64,000 nt of DNA from Glaucostegus cemiculus (Eukaryota). Made by a program: the position numbers and the translations under genes. The notes under the pieces are model-generated. The model was not told where the DNA came from. It did not search any database and saw only the letters and a list, made by a program, of their open reading frames with translations. The stretch covers positions 20,398,001 through 20,462,000 of the forward strand of contig CDPCPM010000050.1 of the NCBI GenBank assembly GCA_976551045.1, in the 5' to 3' direction. Below, in pieces: positions 22,631 through 35,189 of the stretch; position 1 is the first letter of the stretch; every line of letters begins with the position of its first letter.

Positions 22631-25600
22631 ATGAGCTGTCTGCACTGTGCAGGAAAACCTGGCCACACATCATAGGCACCCACATTCCTTGGCCTCTCAG
22701 TGTCCAGCAAAGTATCAACAGCCAGCTATCCCTGCTTGTGAGCAGCTGATGAGGGGCTCATCTTGGGAATCCCGGCCACTGGATCTGCAGAGATTCAATT
22801 TAAGCTCATCCTTGGAAGGGAAAAAGCTCAGGGAAGGACCATGCACCTATCTCAGCTCTTCTTTCCTTACCTGGCAATGGTCTTTAGCTCACAGGGTGGA
22901 TGCCCTAATTACACTGGATGTGGATAGTTGCCATCAGAAATGCAGGTTAAGGAGTCTCTTTCTGATCTCAGATGGTTCAAAGGAGCAGGGGGAACAATTT
23001 TGGGGGCAAGTTCAGGCAATGAGCTCCAGTCGTTGAAAGATTTTATATATAGTAATTGGACTTTTACATTCTCCCTCTATGTCCCAAACATGTGCTATGT
23101 TCAGTTAGATCCCCAGAAAAATTGTGCCAGACATCGTGTGAGTGCTAATTTCTGTGCGATGTGCTGCTAGATTTTCTGTGCCTGTTCAGCTGAGGTCATA
23201 CTTTGGCATGTAAGGATATAGGCATTGCCTGACCTGTAATGTCATTAAGTATACAACTGACGCTAGGCAACCATTAGCTATACTAAGGTGAATCGTGTAC
23301 AGAAGTAGCCATGTTAATGTCCTGAAGGGCACACTTTCATCCAGAAATGACAGCTGGAGTGATGTAACCTGAGCAAAATCTTTTTAATGTGCATATTGCA
23401 CATCAAAAATGGATCCAATTTCTAAGCTAAAAAGTTTAAAGTGTGTGCTTGGCTGCTAAGTGAATAGCTTTGAAGTCAAGATAATGGCCAAAAGCTGTTG
23501 AATTTCCCCACAAGGTTGAGGGACTTTGTTCACACATGTGCTTTTGGAATATCTGTCTGTTTTCTGCTCTGTAACCAATGACGCCAGGCAAAAGTAGCTT
23601 TGTTCATTAGATCCGGCTGTACTACTGTGACATATATCTCACTTCAGAGCCAAAGGAAGAGCCGACACAATTAATACATGGAGTGAGCAGTGAGTTTTTC
23701 CTGGGGTTGTGTGTGGACGTGCTATCTTCCTGTAGTAAATGACAATCTGTTTTAGTGGCTGCCAGAAACATTGAATGAATAACAATCAGCGTTCCACAAC
23801 CCTATAGGATTAACTTGGAGCTCTAGCCTGTAGGACTTGAGGAAGTGGCTGCTGATCATTTCCTGCCCGTGAGCCTCTGGGACAAACGTAAGCAGAGGTC
23901 ACAGGGTCAAGAGAGGGCTGATATTTAAAGACCTGTGATTTTCTTCTGTCCTTTGCAGGAAGCACAGCTGTAGGTCTGCACAATAAGTTACTAAGTTCTT
24001 TCCCATGCTGTTGCCTAGTTTTTGCACTGATCTCTTGTTAGGGCTATAGAACATGCAAACCAAGAATAAGTCCTCCTTCTCATGAACAATGTCTACATCT
24101 GATCCTTGTGAATAGTGGGTGGAGCAGAAATTATTCTTCTTTTGACTTTATGAAAATGTTTCCATGTTTCTCTTAGATATCTGAAGATATTTGCTCTAGC
24201 TATCATTTGATACCTCACCCAGGTCACCCTTGCTTCTTCTGATTCCTCACAATGAATTTAAGTAGACTACTCAGAATTAAAAGGCTTCATAACTAAACTT
24301 GATGACATCTTCATTTTTTATCCATGCAGGATTGACAGGCTAGATGCTAAGAGGCATATCTTCAGGATAGAGGGTCGTCCATTTAGAACTAAGATTAGGG
24401 GAGGTGCAAATCTTTGGAATGCTTGAGTCCTGAGTGCTTGTGGATGATAGACTGTTGACTGTGATCGAAACAGAGGTTGATAGATTGTGGGACGCTACGT
24501 GAATTAAGAGTCATGGGAATGGGATGGGACTGGAGATACCCAATCAGCCACACAGATTCAGTGTGATGCGTGACTTACTGCTGTTTCTACTTCTTCAGGA
24601 CAGGAAAAAGCCGATTTCTTCTCTCCTTCTGCACCCTCCCCCCAAAACCTCATTGTACTGTTCTAACTGCTGCACACATCAGGATTAAGACACACCATGG
24701 GTGGAGACTGACAGTCTGTATGACTGATCTATTCATTGGAATAAGTGGCATGAATCCCAAGGCACATGTTTGTTATTTTAATGACCTTTTTTATGTTATA
24801 TCAAAGAGATTATTGAAGAAACACATTTGCATGCAGCTCCTCACTGTCTTTTCCAATTGATGATTTTTGTGTTTGAACACCCAATGAGATCTGCCCACTC
24901 TTGTTGAACCATTGGCCAGCTCCCTTAAGCATTACCATGCCTCAATATTTGTAGTCAGATTCACTTACTCCTCCAATATCACCAGTCCCAGGCTCCACCT
25001 TTCTCAGGGCAACTGGTAGCTTAAACCCCTCTACTTGATTTATTCATCTTCCCTTCATTTGATATCATCTCATGATCACTAAGTTTAAACTCATCTGCAC
25101 GCTGGCTCTACTGGTCTTTCTTCGATGTCATTGGTTTTGAATACCTTGTCTCTGCACACTCAGTCCTCATTATCTGCTCATTTACTATCTATGGATACAT
25201 GTACTCATGACTTTGGCCATATATGTCCGTGAGCATTGATAAACATTGCATGGTTCTCCAGAGCCCTCTCCTGTGGCGTCCATGTGTCCAGGACTTCTGC
25301 ATGAAGCTTCCTTGGAAACAGGACCATGTATCCAGCCTCTCCGTGAGGAGGACAGGACCTAATTTCATGAAGTCAGAGCAGGACTGAGCTCTGAGTGAAG
25401 CTTGGAACTCCTCCCCATCTCACTGGCTTCAGAAAAGTAACAGCTCAGCTGCAAAAGTGAATAAAGTAGTGGCAATGTCACCAGAATAAGTTGGGTCTGT
25501 AAAATCTGAGTAGCTTCCAATTTACAGTGATCATTAGGATGAAGGTTGCTGTGTTACAAAGTCACCCCAACCACCAAAGTGTCTTTGAAAGCTTCCAGAG

Positions 25601-26099
25601 CTGTATTTTGGTGTGGCCGCTCTGTTAATGCTTTTACATAGGAGAGGGTGTCAGTGGTATCCATGTGTTTTGTAATCCATGGGAGGTCTGTGCCCCTGTC
25701 TCTCCTGATAATGAGCACCAAGTGTACTTTCCCTCCCAGCTTAATTCTGCTTATATAAACTTAATTTATTCAGGAAACGTAACCACTGCTCACTCTGTCC
25801 CTATCTTATTTGAGTTTCCTTCCATTGTTGCCACCTCATCCAACTTAACAACCCCAATGGCCTTTCCTCAGGTGCCATGCTGCTAATATTAAAATTAGTT
25901 TCTTCACCACAAAATTCAGAAGAATGTACCATCAGCCTATATGTTACAACAGCCATTGACAATCATCTTTTGTAATGGTCCTGGAGTGTGTTATCATCTT
26001 TCAGCTCATTGCTAATCTCTCCTACAATTCTTTATTCAAATTCATGTAGTCGAGTTTCCCATAACATCAGAATCACCCTGACTAAAGCCACAAACCTTT

Positions 26100-26700
26100 A
26101 TCACTTGTGACCATGCTGCAGTATCTTTGTATTTCTGTACTTTTAGTTTGGCTGGCTGCACCACTCCTCCCACCTCTTTATCTGTTACTAAGTGGTGTGG
26201 TGTTAACTTTGCATGGTTCCATTACTATCTTTCTAAAAACACCAGGGCATTTTGGACAATGTCTTATCTCCTCTCCTATGCACAGACAGTTCCAGGATCC
26301 CATGAAGGCTTCTCCTTAGTTCAGTCCATTTTATGTTGCAAGTTCGCTGGCTACTCAAGAACATTGCCAATGTGTAAGAAGGACACTGACCTACTTCTGC
26401 ACCATTTCTCTTTGTTGTTTGACCATCTCTGTTTATCTAAGCCTTGAATGAATTGCTGCTTTCTGTAACCCTACATTTGAAAGAGTCAAGCCAAGAATTT
26501 CTTATTGCTAATAAACACTAGCAAATTGGTATTCCGTAAGTTCATCTGCAAAGATGCTCAGGTTCACTATTTCTGCCTCTCATCCAGACCTCAGCCCATC
26601 TGCTGCTGAAATCATTGACATCATTTGTCAGCTCCAGACTCTTTTCCAATGTTGTCCACCATTCTGTAATCATAAACTTCAACTTAACCATAAAATGCCA
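26100..26700 (+). mobile_element. Possible highly decayed PIF/Harbinger transposase relic
   Basis: VPGSHEGFSLVQS at 26289 resembles the Harbinger FPGSxHDAFILRQS motif, and QIGI at 26522 follows in the expected order. Weak. Confidence 0.3.
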
Positions 26701-27629
26701 CATATATCCTGTTGTGAAGTAAAACTACGTGTCCCATCAAATCAACCCCCTTCCCATCCCCAGTGCAATAAACTAACAACATGTCAACATCATCGCTTGT
26801 AATTTCTCCCCTTTCGCTGGGTAAGTATTTGTGCAGGTAAACATTCAGGACCCTTTATTGCTCTTCTGTATAAACATAAATTGTTGCCGATAGAGGGACA
26901 GCGAGGAGTTAATATTCACTGGCAAGAATAAAGAAAATGAGAAACAAGAACATTAGAAACCGCATGCTTTTCCACATTACTTCAGCACATTTCCCAAATT
27001 CTCAAAGTGCTTCCTACACAGTGGAAAAAGGAAAAGAAAAAGAACAAAAAAAAAATCAGCAAAAGCTGGAAATCTGAAGCAAAACAAAAAGTGCTTGCAA
27101 ATCTTGATCAATCAGATTGTCTGGAAAACTCAAGCATTCACAAGGAAAGGAATTTTGCTGTTCATGCTAGATTTGGCTCATACGTGACTCCAGTCTCACA
27201 ATACTATGGGGACTCCTAACTGACTTCTGATATGGCATGTTGAACTAATGGATAGTGTTGAATGTATGAGTAGTGGAAAAGGAGGGTCCTCAGTGTAACT
27301 GGAACAGACAACTAATACCACTCTTTACCGCAAGATTAATTCAAAAAGATAAAAGAGATTAGGTACTCAAATTTCGAAGTTATTGTTTACCCAAGTTATT
27401 GAGAGATATGGATGATAAATGGAGTTTGGCTATTCATCAGCTAAGGTCTTATTGAACATGGACAGGATGGAGTGGCTAATAACTTGCTCTTGTTTAGGTG
27501 TTTCTCTACTTTTTTGCCTCTTCTTGGATGCTGACTGACTTGCTGTGTATTGCAATACTTTCTCTTTTGCATTAAAGTACAGTGAGTGAAGATAAACACA
27601 GAATCAATTCTGAGTGGATGGATGGCCAG

Positions 27630-27900
27630 TTAATCTCTTTCTGGGAGGGTTGAATAAGGGACAGAGTTTGTTCAGGAGACGGGGGTGTTCTTTCCTTAAA
27701 ATAGCATTGTGGGTTCCTTAACATTCAGTGTAAAGGAACAGATCGGCCCTAAGTTTCATGAAGAATGGAGCTTTTATCAATGTGCTACTCTCTTACTACA
27801 GTGCTGGAGAGGCATATAAGGCAATGATACCTTTAAGTTGGATTTGAACCCATGACTTTCTGATTTATACGCTAGACTGCCACCAAGCCAACACCCCAAT
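27630..27900 (-). mobile_element. Decayed Deu-domain SINE
   Basis: Colinear with 6950-7400; reverse B-box gatttgaaccc at about 27841. Confidence 0.5.
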
Positions 27901-28129
27901 CTGACATATTTACATCTTCTATAACAACATCAGACAAGTTGGATGCTCAGCATAAGGTCAAGGCTAGGATTAAAATGGTTGAAATGGAGATAGTATCGAA
28001 TCCATTTTCTTTCCTAGGCCTTTGTGTGTAAAGTATTTGTGTGGACATTGCCAAACTCAAGCTGTCAAGGTAGTGTCTGCCATTCCTACATCCTGTATGG
28101 AAAACTGTTGTTGTTTTCAGTGATGTTTA

Positions 28130-28450
28130 ATGTCATGGAGACACATTGGAATTTTCCAACATCAGGTTCCCTCTCCCTTTGTTCACTTTATCCATCCCAG
28201 TCCCCCCCACCACACCCCTCTCACCCACCTGGCTCCATCTGCCCATCAATGTTCCCCTCATCTGGTTCCACCTATCACCCACCAGCTCTTGTCTCACCCT
28301 TCCTCTGCACTTCTATATACTGGCCATCTTTATTCATACCCCCAAATCCTGATGCAGGATATCAACCCGAAACATCAGCACATCTCTTTTGGCTCCACAA
28401 ATATTGCTCAACCCACTAAGTTCTTCCAGCAGATAAGTTTTTGCTCCATG
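28130..28450 (+). mobile_element. Penelope-like terminal fragment
   Basis: Pyrimidine-rich region, then cctgatgcagg...cccgaaacatc...ctaagttcttccagcag, colinear with 62690-63140. Confidence 0.7.
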
Positions 28451-29129
28451 ATTCCTTTTATGTCATGAATGGTTCCACACCAGATTGGATAGCCCATTTA
28501 CCTTGAATGCACTCAGTCCGCTAGCCAATAGAGCCACCAGAGCTTCACAGTAGCTTAAGGCTCAATACATTACTAAATATGTCACCAAATATTACCCAAT
28601 TAAGTAAATACATGCATACTTAGCATGTTATGAATATACACAGAATGATTTAGCCCATGCACATGCAAAACCTTAGAGCAATTGAGCAACAGTTTGGATT
28701 GTCCAGTTTTCAATGATCATCTGAACATTCAGTGTTTCTTCCAAGCCAGAGTCATTCCGTGTACATTCAAGACATGATAAACACATGTATGGTTACCCAG
28801 CTGGGCAACACTTGGCAACATATTGAGCTTTAAGCTATGGTAAAGCATTGGTTAACTGTTTACTGGACCATGGCACCATCTCACTGCCTGAGGTATGTGA
28901 ATTTAAGTGATAAATATATGTCATTGTTTCTGAAAAGATGCTGGGCAGTCTGGTAAAACTCGCTTATTACAGTGTGAACCTCATTTGTTTCCACCTATCC
29001 AATGCTTTATGTTGAAGGAGTTACTGTTGTATCATATAAAATCTTTGTGTGTCATTACCCATCTACAATGAACTAATGGTTTGAGTTGAACTTTGCATAC
29101 TGGTGATCTCTAGTTGATGCTCCTCTTGC

Positions 29130-29300
29130 TGTATCTGCACCATGAACGGATCTGCCTCTGAGTTTGACAGCATGGTGATTAGCTGCACTGTGACTTTACT
29201 GAAGTGTCAATTCAGATTACGGGTTGAAGCCCTTGAGTAAAATTGAACCCATGACCTTCTGACTCCAAGGCGAGAGTGCTATCACTGAGGAAAGTTGACA
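29130..29300 (-). mobile_element. Deu-domain SINE 5' part
   Basis: ttgaacccatgaccttctgactccaaggcgagagtgctatcactgag is a reversed tRNA-like head matching 7350-7405 and 27841. Confidence 0.55.
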
Positions 29301-30564
29301 CTTGATCTTAATGTCAGAAAAGCAACCCTGAATCTAATGTTGAGACATTTTCCCTTATCAGCCAGTTTTGTGCTGAGTTAAATGTCGTTCAATGCTGCAG
29401 AACTGCAGCCTTTCATGTGGTTTTATTTAAATGAAGGAGCCACAAACAGCTATGTTCAAGCTGGCTCTGTATCAGACTCTTAGGTACATTAGAAAGTGCT
29501 GGAGTGTGGACTTACTGTGCCAGCATATTGTTCCACTCTGTGTCTCTGGGGCCGGGGATGGGGTGGATGGGGGAGGGGGATTGTGGGTTGGTGGTGGGGT
29601 TGGTGGGGGCAGGGTAAACGCTGTGCTCATGTGTCTAATTTAGCTTTGGCACGCAAGAGCTGTCTGAGTCTTCAAAGAGGTTTTGAACGGATGTTGCGCT
29701 AAACAATCCAGCTGGAATATTGCCTGCATCTGGCCACTTCCTGCACTGCTCTACATTCTGAGTTGTGATTTTTTTAATTCTTTTTTTTTATGGGAGATGA
29801 GAGGGAAGGATGTGGAGAAGTTGTGGAGGGGGACCGGTGGGGGCAGTATCGAAAGTATTGTATATTTTTCAGTCACCGACTAAAATACAAATTCCATTAC
29901 CCTTGTGGTCAAGGGCAAGTTATGCAGGGATTTGCAAAATGTAAAATGGAAACATTTTCTAAACTCCAGAGAAAAAAGTCTCATGACAGGAATTTGTTTT
30001 GACATTAACATAAATGGATCTGCTGTTTTAGAATGCTACTTGCCCCCACCCCCTCTCTGCCTCCCTCTCCCCTTCAACATTCCTTGGCTTCTGAGGGAAT
30101 TCTGCTTCCAGCTGGATAAACGGAATGATTCCACTGAAGCCTTTCATATAATAATTGGCTGCAAAAGGTGACTGTGAAGTTTCTGCAGAGGGCAGCTGCT
30201 GTTGGATGCAAAGTGGGGCAGAGTTTGTAGAGAGAGACCTGGATTCTTTTAACAGTGCGCCTAACCCCCACACTCACTGCAATGCCCTGAAAAACCACAA
30301 GGTCTTTTGGGGGAGCTGGGGTAGGGATGGGGGATAGCAGAGGGTTACCAGTGTAGGAATGAACTAGAACCATGGGTTGGTGGTGTACCACGGCCAGACT
30401 GTGCTAGGGCATATCAAAGGCAGAAGACAAAAGTGGTAGGGATGATGAGGATTCGAGTTGCAATCCTAACCTGAGGCTCAGTGGCAGGGACTGAGAAGTA
30501 GGGGGTTATTTTAGAGTTTCTGCTATCAGTGAAGAGAATGAAAGTCAAAAAATAAACTGCTGAT

Positions 30565-30880
30565 TGTGGCAACATTGATCATCAAAGATCCCCACCATCC
30601 GGACCATGCTATTTTCTCTTTGCTACCATTGGGCAGGAGGTACAGAAGCTTGAGGTCCCACACCACCAGGTTCAAAAACAGGTGCTCCTCTTCAACCGTT
30701 CAGTCCTTTCACCAACGCAACCTTAATCACTACATTTTGGCAACACTATGGCCACTTTGGTCACTTTGCACTGAAGTGGATTTTTTTTTGTCTAATTGTA
30801 TTTTCTCTTGTAAGAATTCTTCACTTCACCTGTGCCTATATGTACTTGTGTATATGACAATAAACCTGACTTTAACTTTG
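30565..30880 (+). mobile_element. Rex1/Babar-type LINE 3' end
   Basis: ORF 30566..30892 IIKDPHHPDHAIFSLLPLGRRYRSLRSHTTRFKN resembles the Rex1-type ORF C-terminus. Ends gacaataaacctgactttaactttgaa. Confidence 0.7.
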
Positions 30881-31580
30881 AATCTGAAATAAAAGCAGAA
30901 AATGGAAATGCTCAGAGGGTCAGGCAGCATCAGGTCCGGAAGCCTTTGTGAAACGTTAACTCTCTTTCTCTTTCCAGTCGTTGTTAAGAGAATCTTGACC
31001 TTGTGTGAGAGTGTAGTAGGTGTGGTGAACTAGCAGGCCATTTCACACTATCGCATGCCTTGCAATGTCACTCAAAGTGAACCCAGGGAGCATGTCAGTC
31101 CCCAGCTCTTGGAGTTACAGATGCCACTTGGATCATTGCTGTAAACCTGGAGCACTGAAACTGTCCAGAGCTCTCGCCATCTTCTCCCCATACTCTGGTG
31201 GGCAGGAAATGGAGTGCATGGGAGAATGTAAAAAAGTAGGAGGAGGATTAGGCCCTTCGACCCCTCAAGCTTGCCCTATCATTTAATATGATCATAGCTG
31301 ATCTGCTTCAGGCCTCATCTCCCCTTCTGTAGCTTTCAATCCCCTGAACATGAAATGAAGCAACCTATTGAAATGACCAGAACAAACGGACGACAGGCTG
31401 CACAAACAGAATGATCCGGGGGGAGGGGTGATGGCAGTTCAACAGTTGATCAGGAGGCAGAACAAGAAGTGAAATGGTGATCTGACAACATGAGATTTGT
31501 TGCTCCTGACAGGATGCTGCTTGAAGAAGTTAACAATTCTCCTGTTTCTCCAACCCTTTACCCCTCTCTTTCCTCTCCAG

Positions 31581-31684
31581 TTGTAACATGACCTGTCCCT
31601 CGGGACTTTACGGAGCCAATTGTGTTCACCCCTGCCCATGCATTGAAGCCAACTGTGACCCGGTCTACGGCACGTGCATTCTGG
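31581..31684 (+). CDS. SCARF2: SCARF2 last EGF exon (104 nt; phase 2/1)
   Basis: Strong polypyrimidine tract cccctctctttcctctccag, donor G|gtaagt. Hand translation CNMTCPSGLYGANCVHPCPCIEANCDPVYGTCIL. Confidence 0.94.
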
Positions 31685-31996
31685 GTAAGTGTCCCCGGGT
31701 TTCAGGAGAAGTTTGAGGGAAAATTGTTTGTGTTAAAATGAAGCCTTGGTAATGCTGTTCCTATGGATGGGGGGAGGAATTCCAGTGTCAGTGAAGCATT
31801 TCAGTTACCAATTGATTCAAAGTTGTAATGAAATGTTTGTTTTATAATGACCCCTGGCTTGGAAGCATTTCAGAACGAAGGCCTTGCAGGGTTGATTTAA
31901 ACTCATCAATGCTGTAATAGTTGAATAAAGTCAGAATTTTTTCATTCTAGTGTAACCAGGCCTGGTGTTCAAATGCAAAAACACTATGTGTTTAAG

Positions 31997-32700
31997 GAGA
32001 CAGCACACAGGCACACAGTGCCTGCACTTCAAGAGACAGCCAATAAACACTGGCTCAGTGCTTGCATCTCAGGAGACAGTCCACAGTCAAACAGTGTCCG
32101 TGGCTCAGGAGACTGTACACACTAACTCAGTGCTTGTGTTTCAATAGACAGTACACAGTAACTCAGTGTCTGCATCTCAGGAGATTGCTCACAGACGTAC
32201 AATGCCTGTGCCTAAGGAGACAGTCAGTACACAATCATTTAGTGCCTGTTCTTGCTCAGACATTCAACATAGGTTCTATCCTGAGACAGTTAGTATAGTC
32301 ATTTAGTGCCATGCTCCCTGAGAAAGTCACTCCAAGCCTATTCATCCCGAGACAAGCAGAGGACTCCTTTTTGCACGTGTTCCTACTCTCCTAAAACACC
32401 CAATACCTGTACATCCTGAGACAATCCCTACAAAGTTACTTTGTACCTGCTCCTCTCCAGGCTGTCAGTATATAGACTCTGTACTGCTTCACCTGAAACA
32501 GTAAATACAAGGTCACCCCAAATGTGATTCACTGGAGACACGCTGAGCAGTTAGGTATCAAACTTGGACAATTAGTACACAGTCACTTTGTGTGTTTGTA
32601 CAGCTAGAAAGAGACAACAGTCAATCAGTTCTGCTCTTCCTGAAACAGTCAGTGCCCGGACATTCAGCGTCTATTCACCCTCAGAAAGTCCACACACTGT
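31997..32700. repeat. Degenerate 36-40-bp minisatellite
   Basis: Repeating gagacag...cac...cagtg(c/t)ctg...ctcag units, regular at 31997-32260 and decaying to the right. Confidence 0.75.
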
Positions 32701-33114
32701 CAATTATTGGTTTTGCCTCCTGACACAGTGTGCAGACAATGTCTGTATGCCTTTACACAGAACTACAACAAATATCCGGCATAGGGAGAGGCTATTCACC
32801 CCAACAATGGAGCCTCCTCCTGTCTTCTCCATCTAAAACCATCAGCAGAAGCCTTTGTCTCCATTCTCCTAAGGGGGAGTTGAACTTCCCGTTGAATATA
32901 TGTATACTATTCACTTCAGACACTGTCTGTGATAGTAAGCTCCACATTCTCATCACTCTCTGGATAAAATGTTTCTTCTGACTTCACTATTGGAGCTGTA
33001 GATGACAAGACAAGACTGTCCTTTAATGATGGTCTCTCATTATTTCTTCCACACGTGGAAACACTCATCTTGAGGACACATGATCAAAACCCTTAATAAT
33101 TTTAATGAATTCAG

Positions 33115-33910
33115 AGAGTAACAATCGTACTGCACAGTAACAGCTACTTTGACCCACCATGTCCATGCCAAATATTGTCCCCATCTACACTCATCCCATT
33201 TATCAGAACTTGGTCCGTAGTCTTCTGTGCTTTCCTGATTCAGTGTTTGTCTAGATACTTAAATGTCAGAATCTCTGTCTCCAACACCCACTCAGGCAGT
33301 GTGATACAGATTGAGTCACCCTCTGGATAAAATAAAACCTTCCTCTGATCCCCTCTACACTATTTATCCCTTAAAACTAAACATTTAGCCTCTAGTTTAA
33401 AACTACTATTTTAAACACTTCTGCAATGGGGTCAGTTTATGGTTTAGCCTCCACAAATGCTGATGGCCCCACTGAGTTCTTCCAGCATTCTGGTTTTTTT
33501 TTTGTCCCAGATAGTGTGTATTGGCAGGAATTTCAATTATTGCATTTGATAGTTCATAAAATTGTGAGAGGCACGGGTAGGGTAGACAGTCGGAATCTAT
33601 TTTCCAGGGTAGAAATGTCAAATATTAGAGGACGTGCATTGAAGGAGAGAGGGGGTAAATTTAAAGGAGGCAAGTTTTTTACACAGAGAGTGGTAGGTGC
33701 CTGGAATAGGCTGCCAGGGTTGGTGGTAGAAGCAGGTGTGACAGTGGCATTTAAGAGGCTGTTAGGTGAACATACGAGTATGCAGGGAATGGAGGGATAT
33801 GGATCATGTGAAGGCAGAAGAGACTTAGTTTAATTCAGCATTGTGTTCAGTGCAGATATTGTGGGCCAAAGGGCCTGTTCCAGAGTTGTACTGTTATATG
33901 TTCCATGTTG
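33115..33910. mobile_element. Two CR1 3' fragments in opposite orientation (minus 33115-33400, plus 33545-33910) around a Penelope-like scrap
   Basis: ORF 33426 second half VHKIVRGTGRVDSRNLFSRVEMSNIRGRALK...FFTQRVVGAWNRLP...FKRLL is the CR1 ORF2 C-terminus. Confidence 0.8.
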
Positions 33911-34834
33911 AGGTTGGCCTTTCTAACACATAGTCACTTTTAAACCGGGAGGAGTGCCTACTGATCAGCAAACCCCGTGCCCCCCCCACCTCCCTTCACC
34001 CCCCCCCCCCCCCATTTCCTAAGTTCATGGGCATTTAATTGAGTTGTGCTAATGTTGTTGCTTGCCAGGCTGAGATCATTTACTCAGCTAGGAGGTGGCA
34101 CAGTTGCTCAGTGAATAAGCTGACCTCCTGTGGGGGAATCTTCTGCTCACTTTAATTCAGCATCCTACAGGGAAGGGAAGTATACCTTCGGCAGTGAAAG
34201 TTTCTGCTGTGCCAGTGGGCACCGGAGAAAGCTCCAAGGACTTTGGCCAGTTGTAGTGGGGCAGTTGCGATTGTATTCACGCTAGTCACGGGCAGAGTTG
34301 TACAGGGCACTTGTTAAGCTGAAGATTCAGAGGAGAACAAAGAAAAGTAGATGTTCAATCTAAGTGCTTTTACTGTCACTCGATGCTGAATCTCTACTGA
34401 GAACTGAAGAGAGAAAGGGTGTATGTCCTAATATTGGAGGACCCTCTGTAAGACTACTTTTGAACAGTCCACTGCAGACCCTCCAAAAAAAGAATGTTCA
34501 TTGATGAAGCAGCTGAAACTTGCAGCTTAGGCTAAGGATGTTGCCCTGGGGAACTCCAGCAACATGACAGATCAAGGAACCTTTGTGAATGGAACTTCTG
34601 TCTGGGGTTTTCCTCAGTTTGGAAATACTGGAGTCTGTGTATTAGAGAGAAATCACATGGGAGCCCCGCCAGACTCTATATTTATCTGAGCAGATGACCA
34701 AGTGCAATAATGCATAGATGACAAGGCTGTGTGCCTTGTTATTGTGAGGAGAACTCTGGATAAGTATTGTATTTTCCTGATACATTTGTTACTGTGTCTT
34801 CTTGGAAAGATCATATAATTTTATTTCTTAACAA

Positions 34835-35110
34835 CATATGAAATAGAAGCAATCCATGTTGCCCTTTAAACCTACCTCTCCATTCATAAAGGTCATGGCT
34901 GATCTTCTACCTCAGTTCCATTTTCCTGCACTAACCTTATATCCCTTCATTCCCCTCACATGCAGAAATATGCCAATCTCTGTTTTGAATGAATTTAACA
35001 ACTGAGTCTCCGCAGCCCTCGGGGTTCGAGATTTCCAAAGATTTGCTGTTCTCTGAGTAAAGGCATTTCTTCTCATCTCAGTCCTAAAGAGCCTGGGCCT
35101 TAAGGCTAGC
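34835..35110 (-). mobile_element. CR1 3' fragment
   Basis: ORF 34912..35130 FRTEMRRNAFTQRTANLWKS...FKTEIGIFL. Confidence 0.8.
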
Positions 35111-35189
35111 ATTTCGCTCTTAACATTCATCAGGAAAGGATTTAATTAGCATAATCTCATGGAGAAAGGGGGTTGCGAATAGCAAAATG

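Noticed and set aside
3467-31684. Alternative identity as MEGF10/MEGF11/PEAR1/MEGF6 or SCARF1
   Set aside because: The EGF repeats alone are ambiguous, but the short ectodomain and the cytoplasmic KLPRIP...AHHDMENTLNCSF...GPVYCVPHE and KPKLSWIHGK segments are what I recognise as SCARF2.
31997-32300. CRISPR-like repeat/spacer appearance
   Set aside because: Vertebrate intron, no cas genes, repeats not identical, and the 'spacers' are homologous to each other, so this is a minisatellite.
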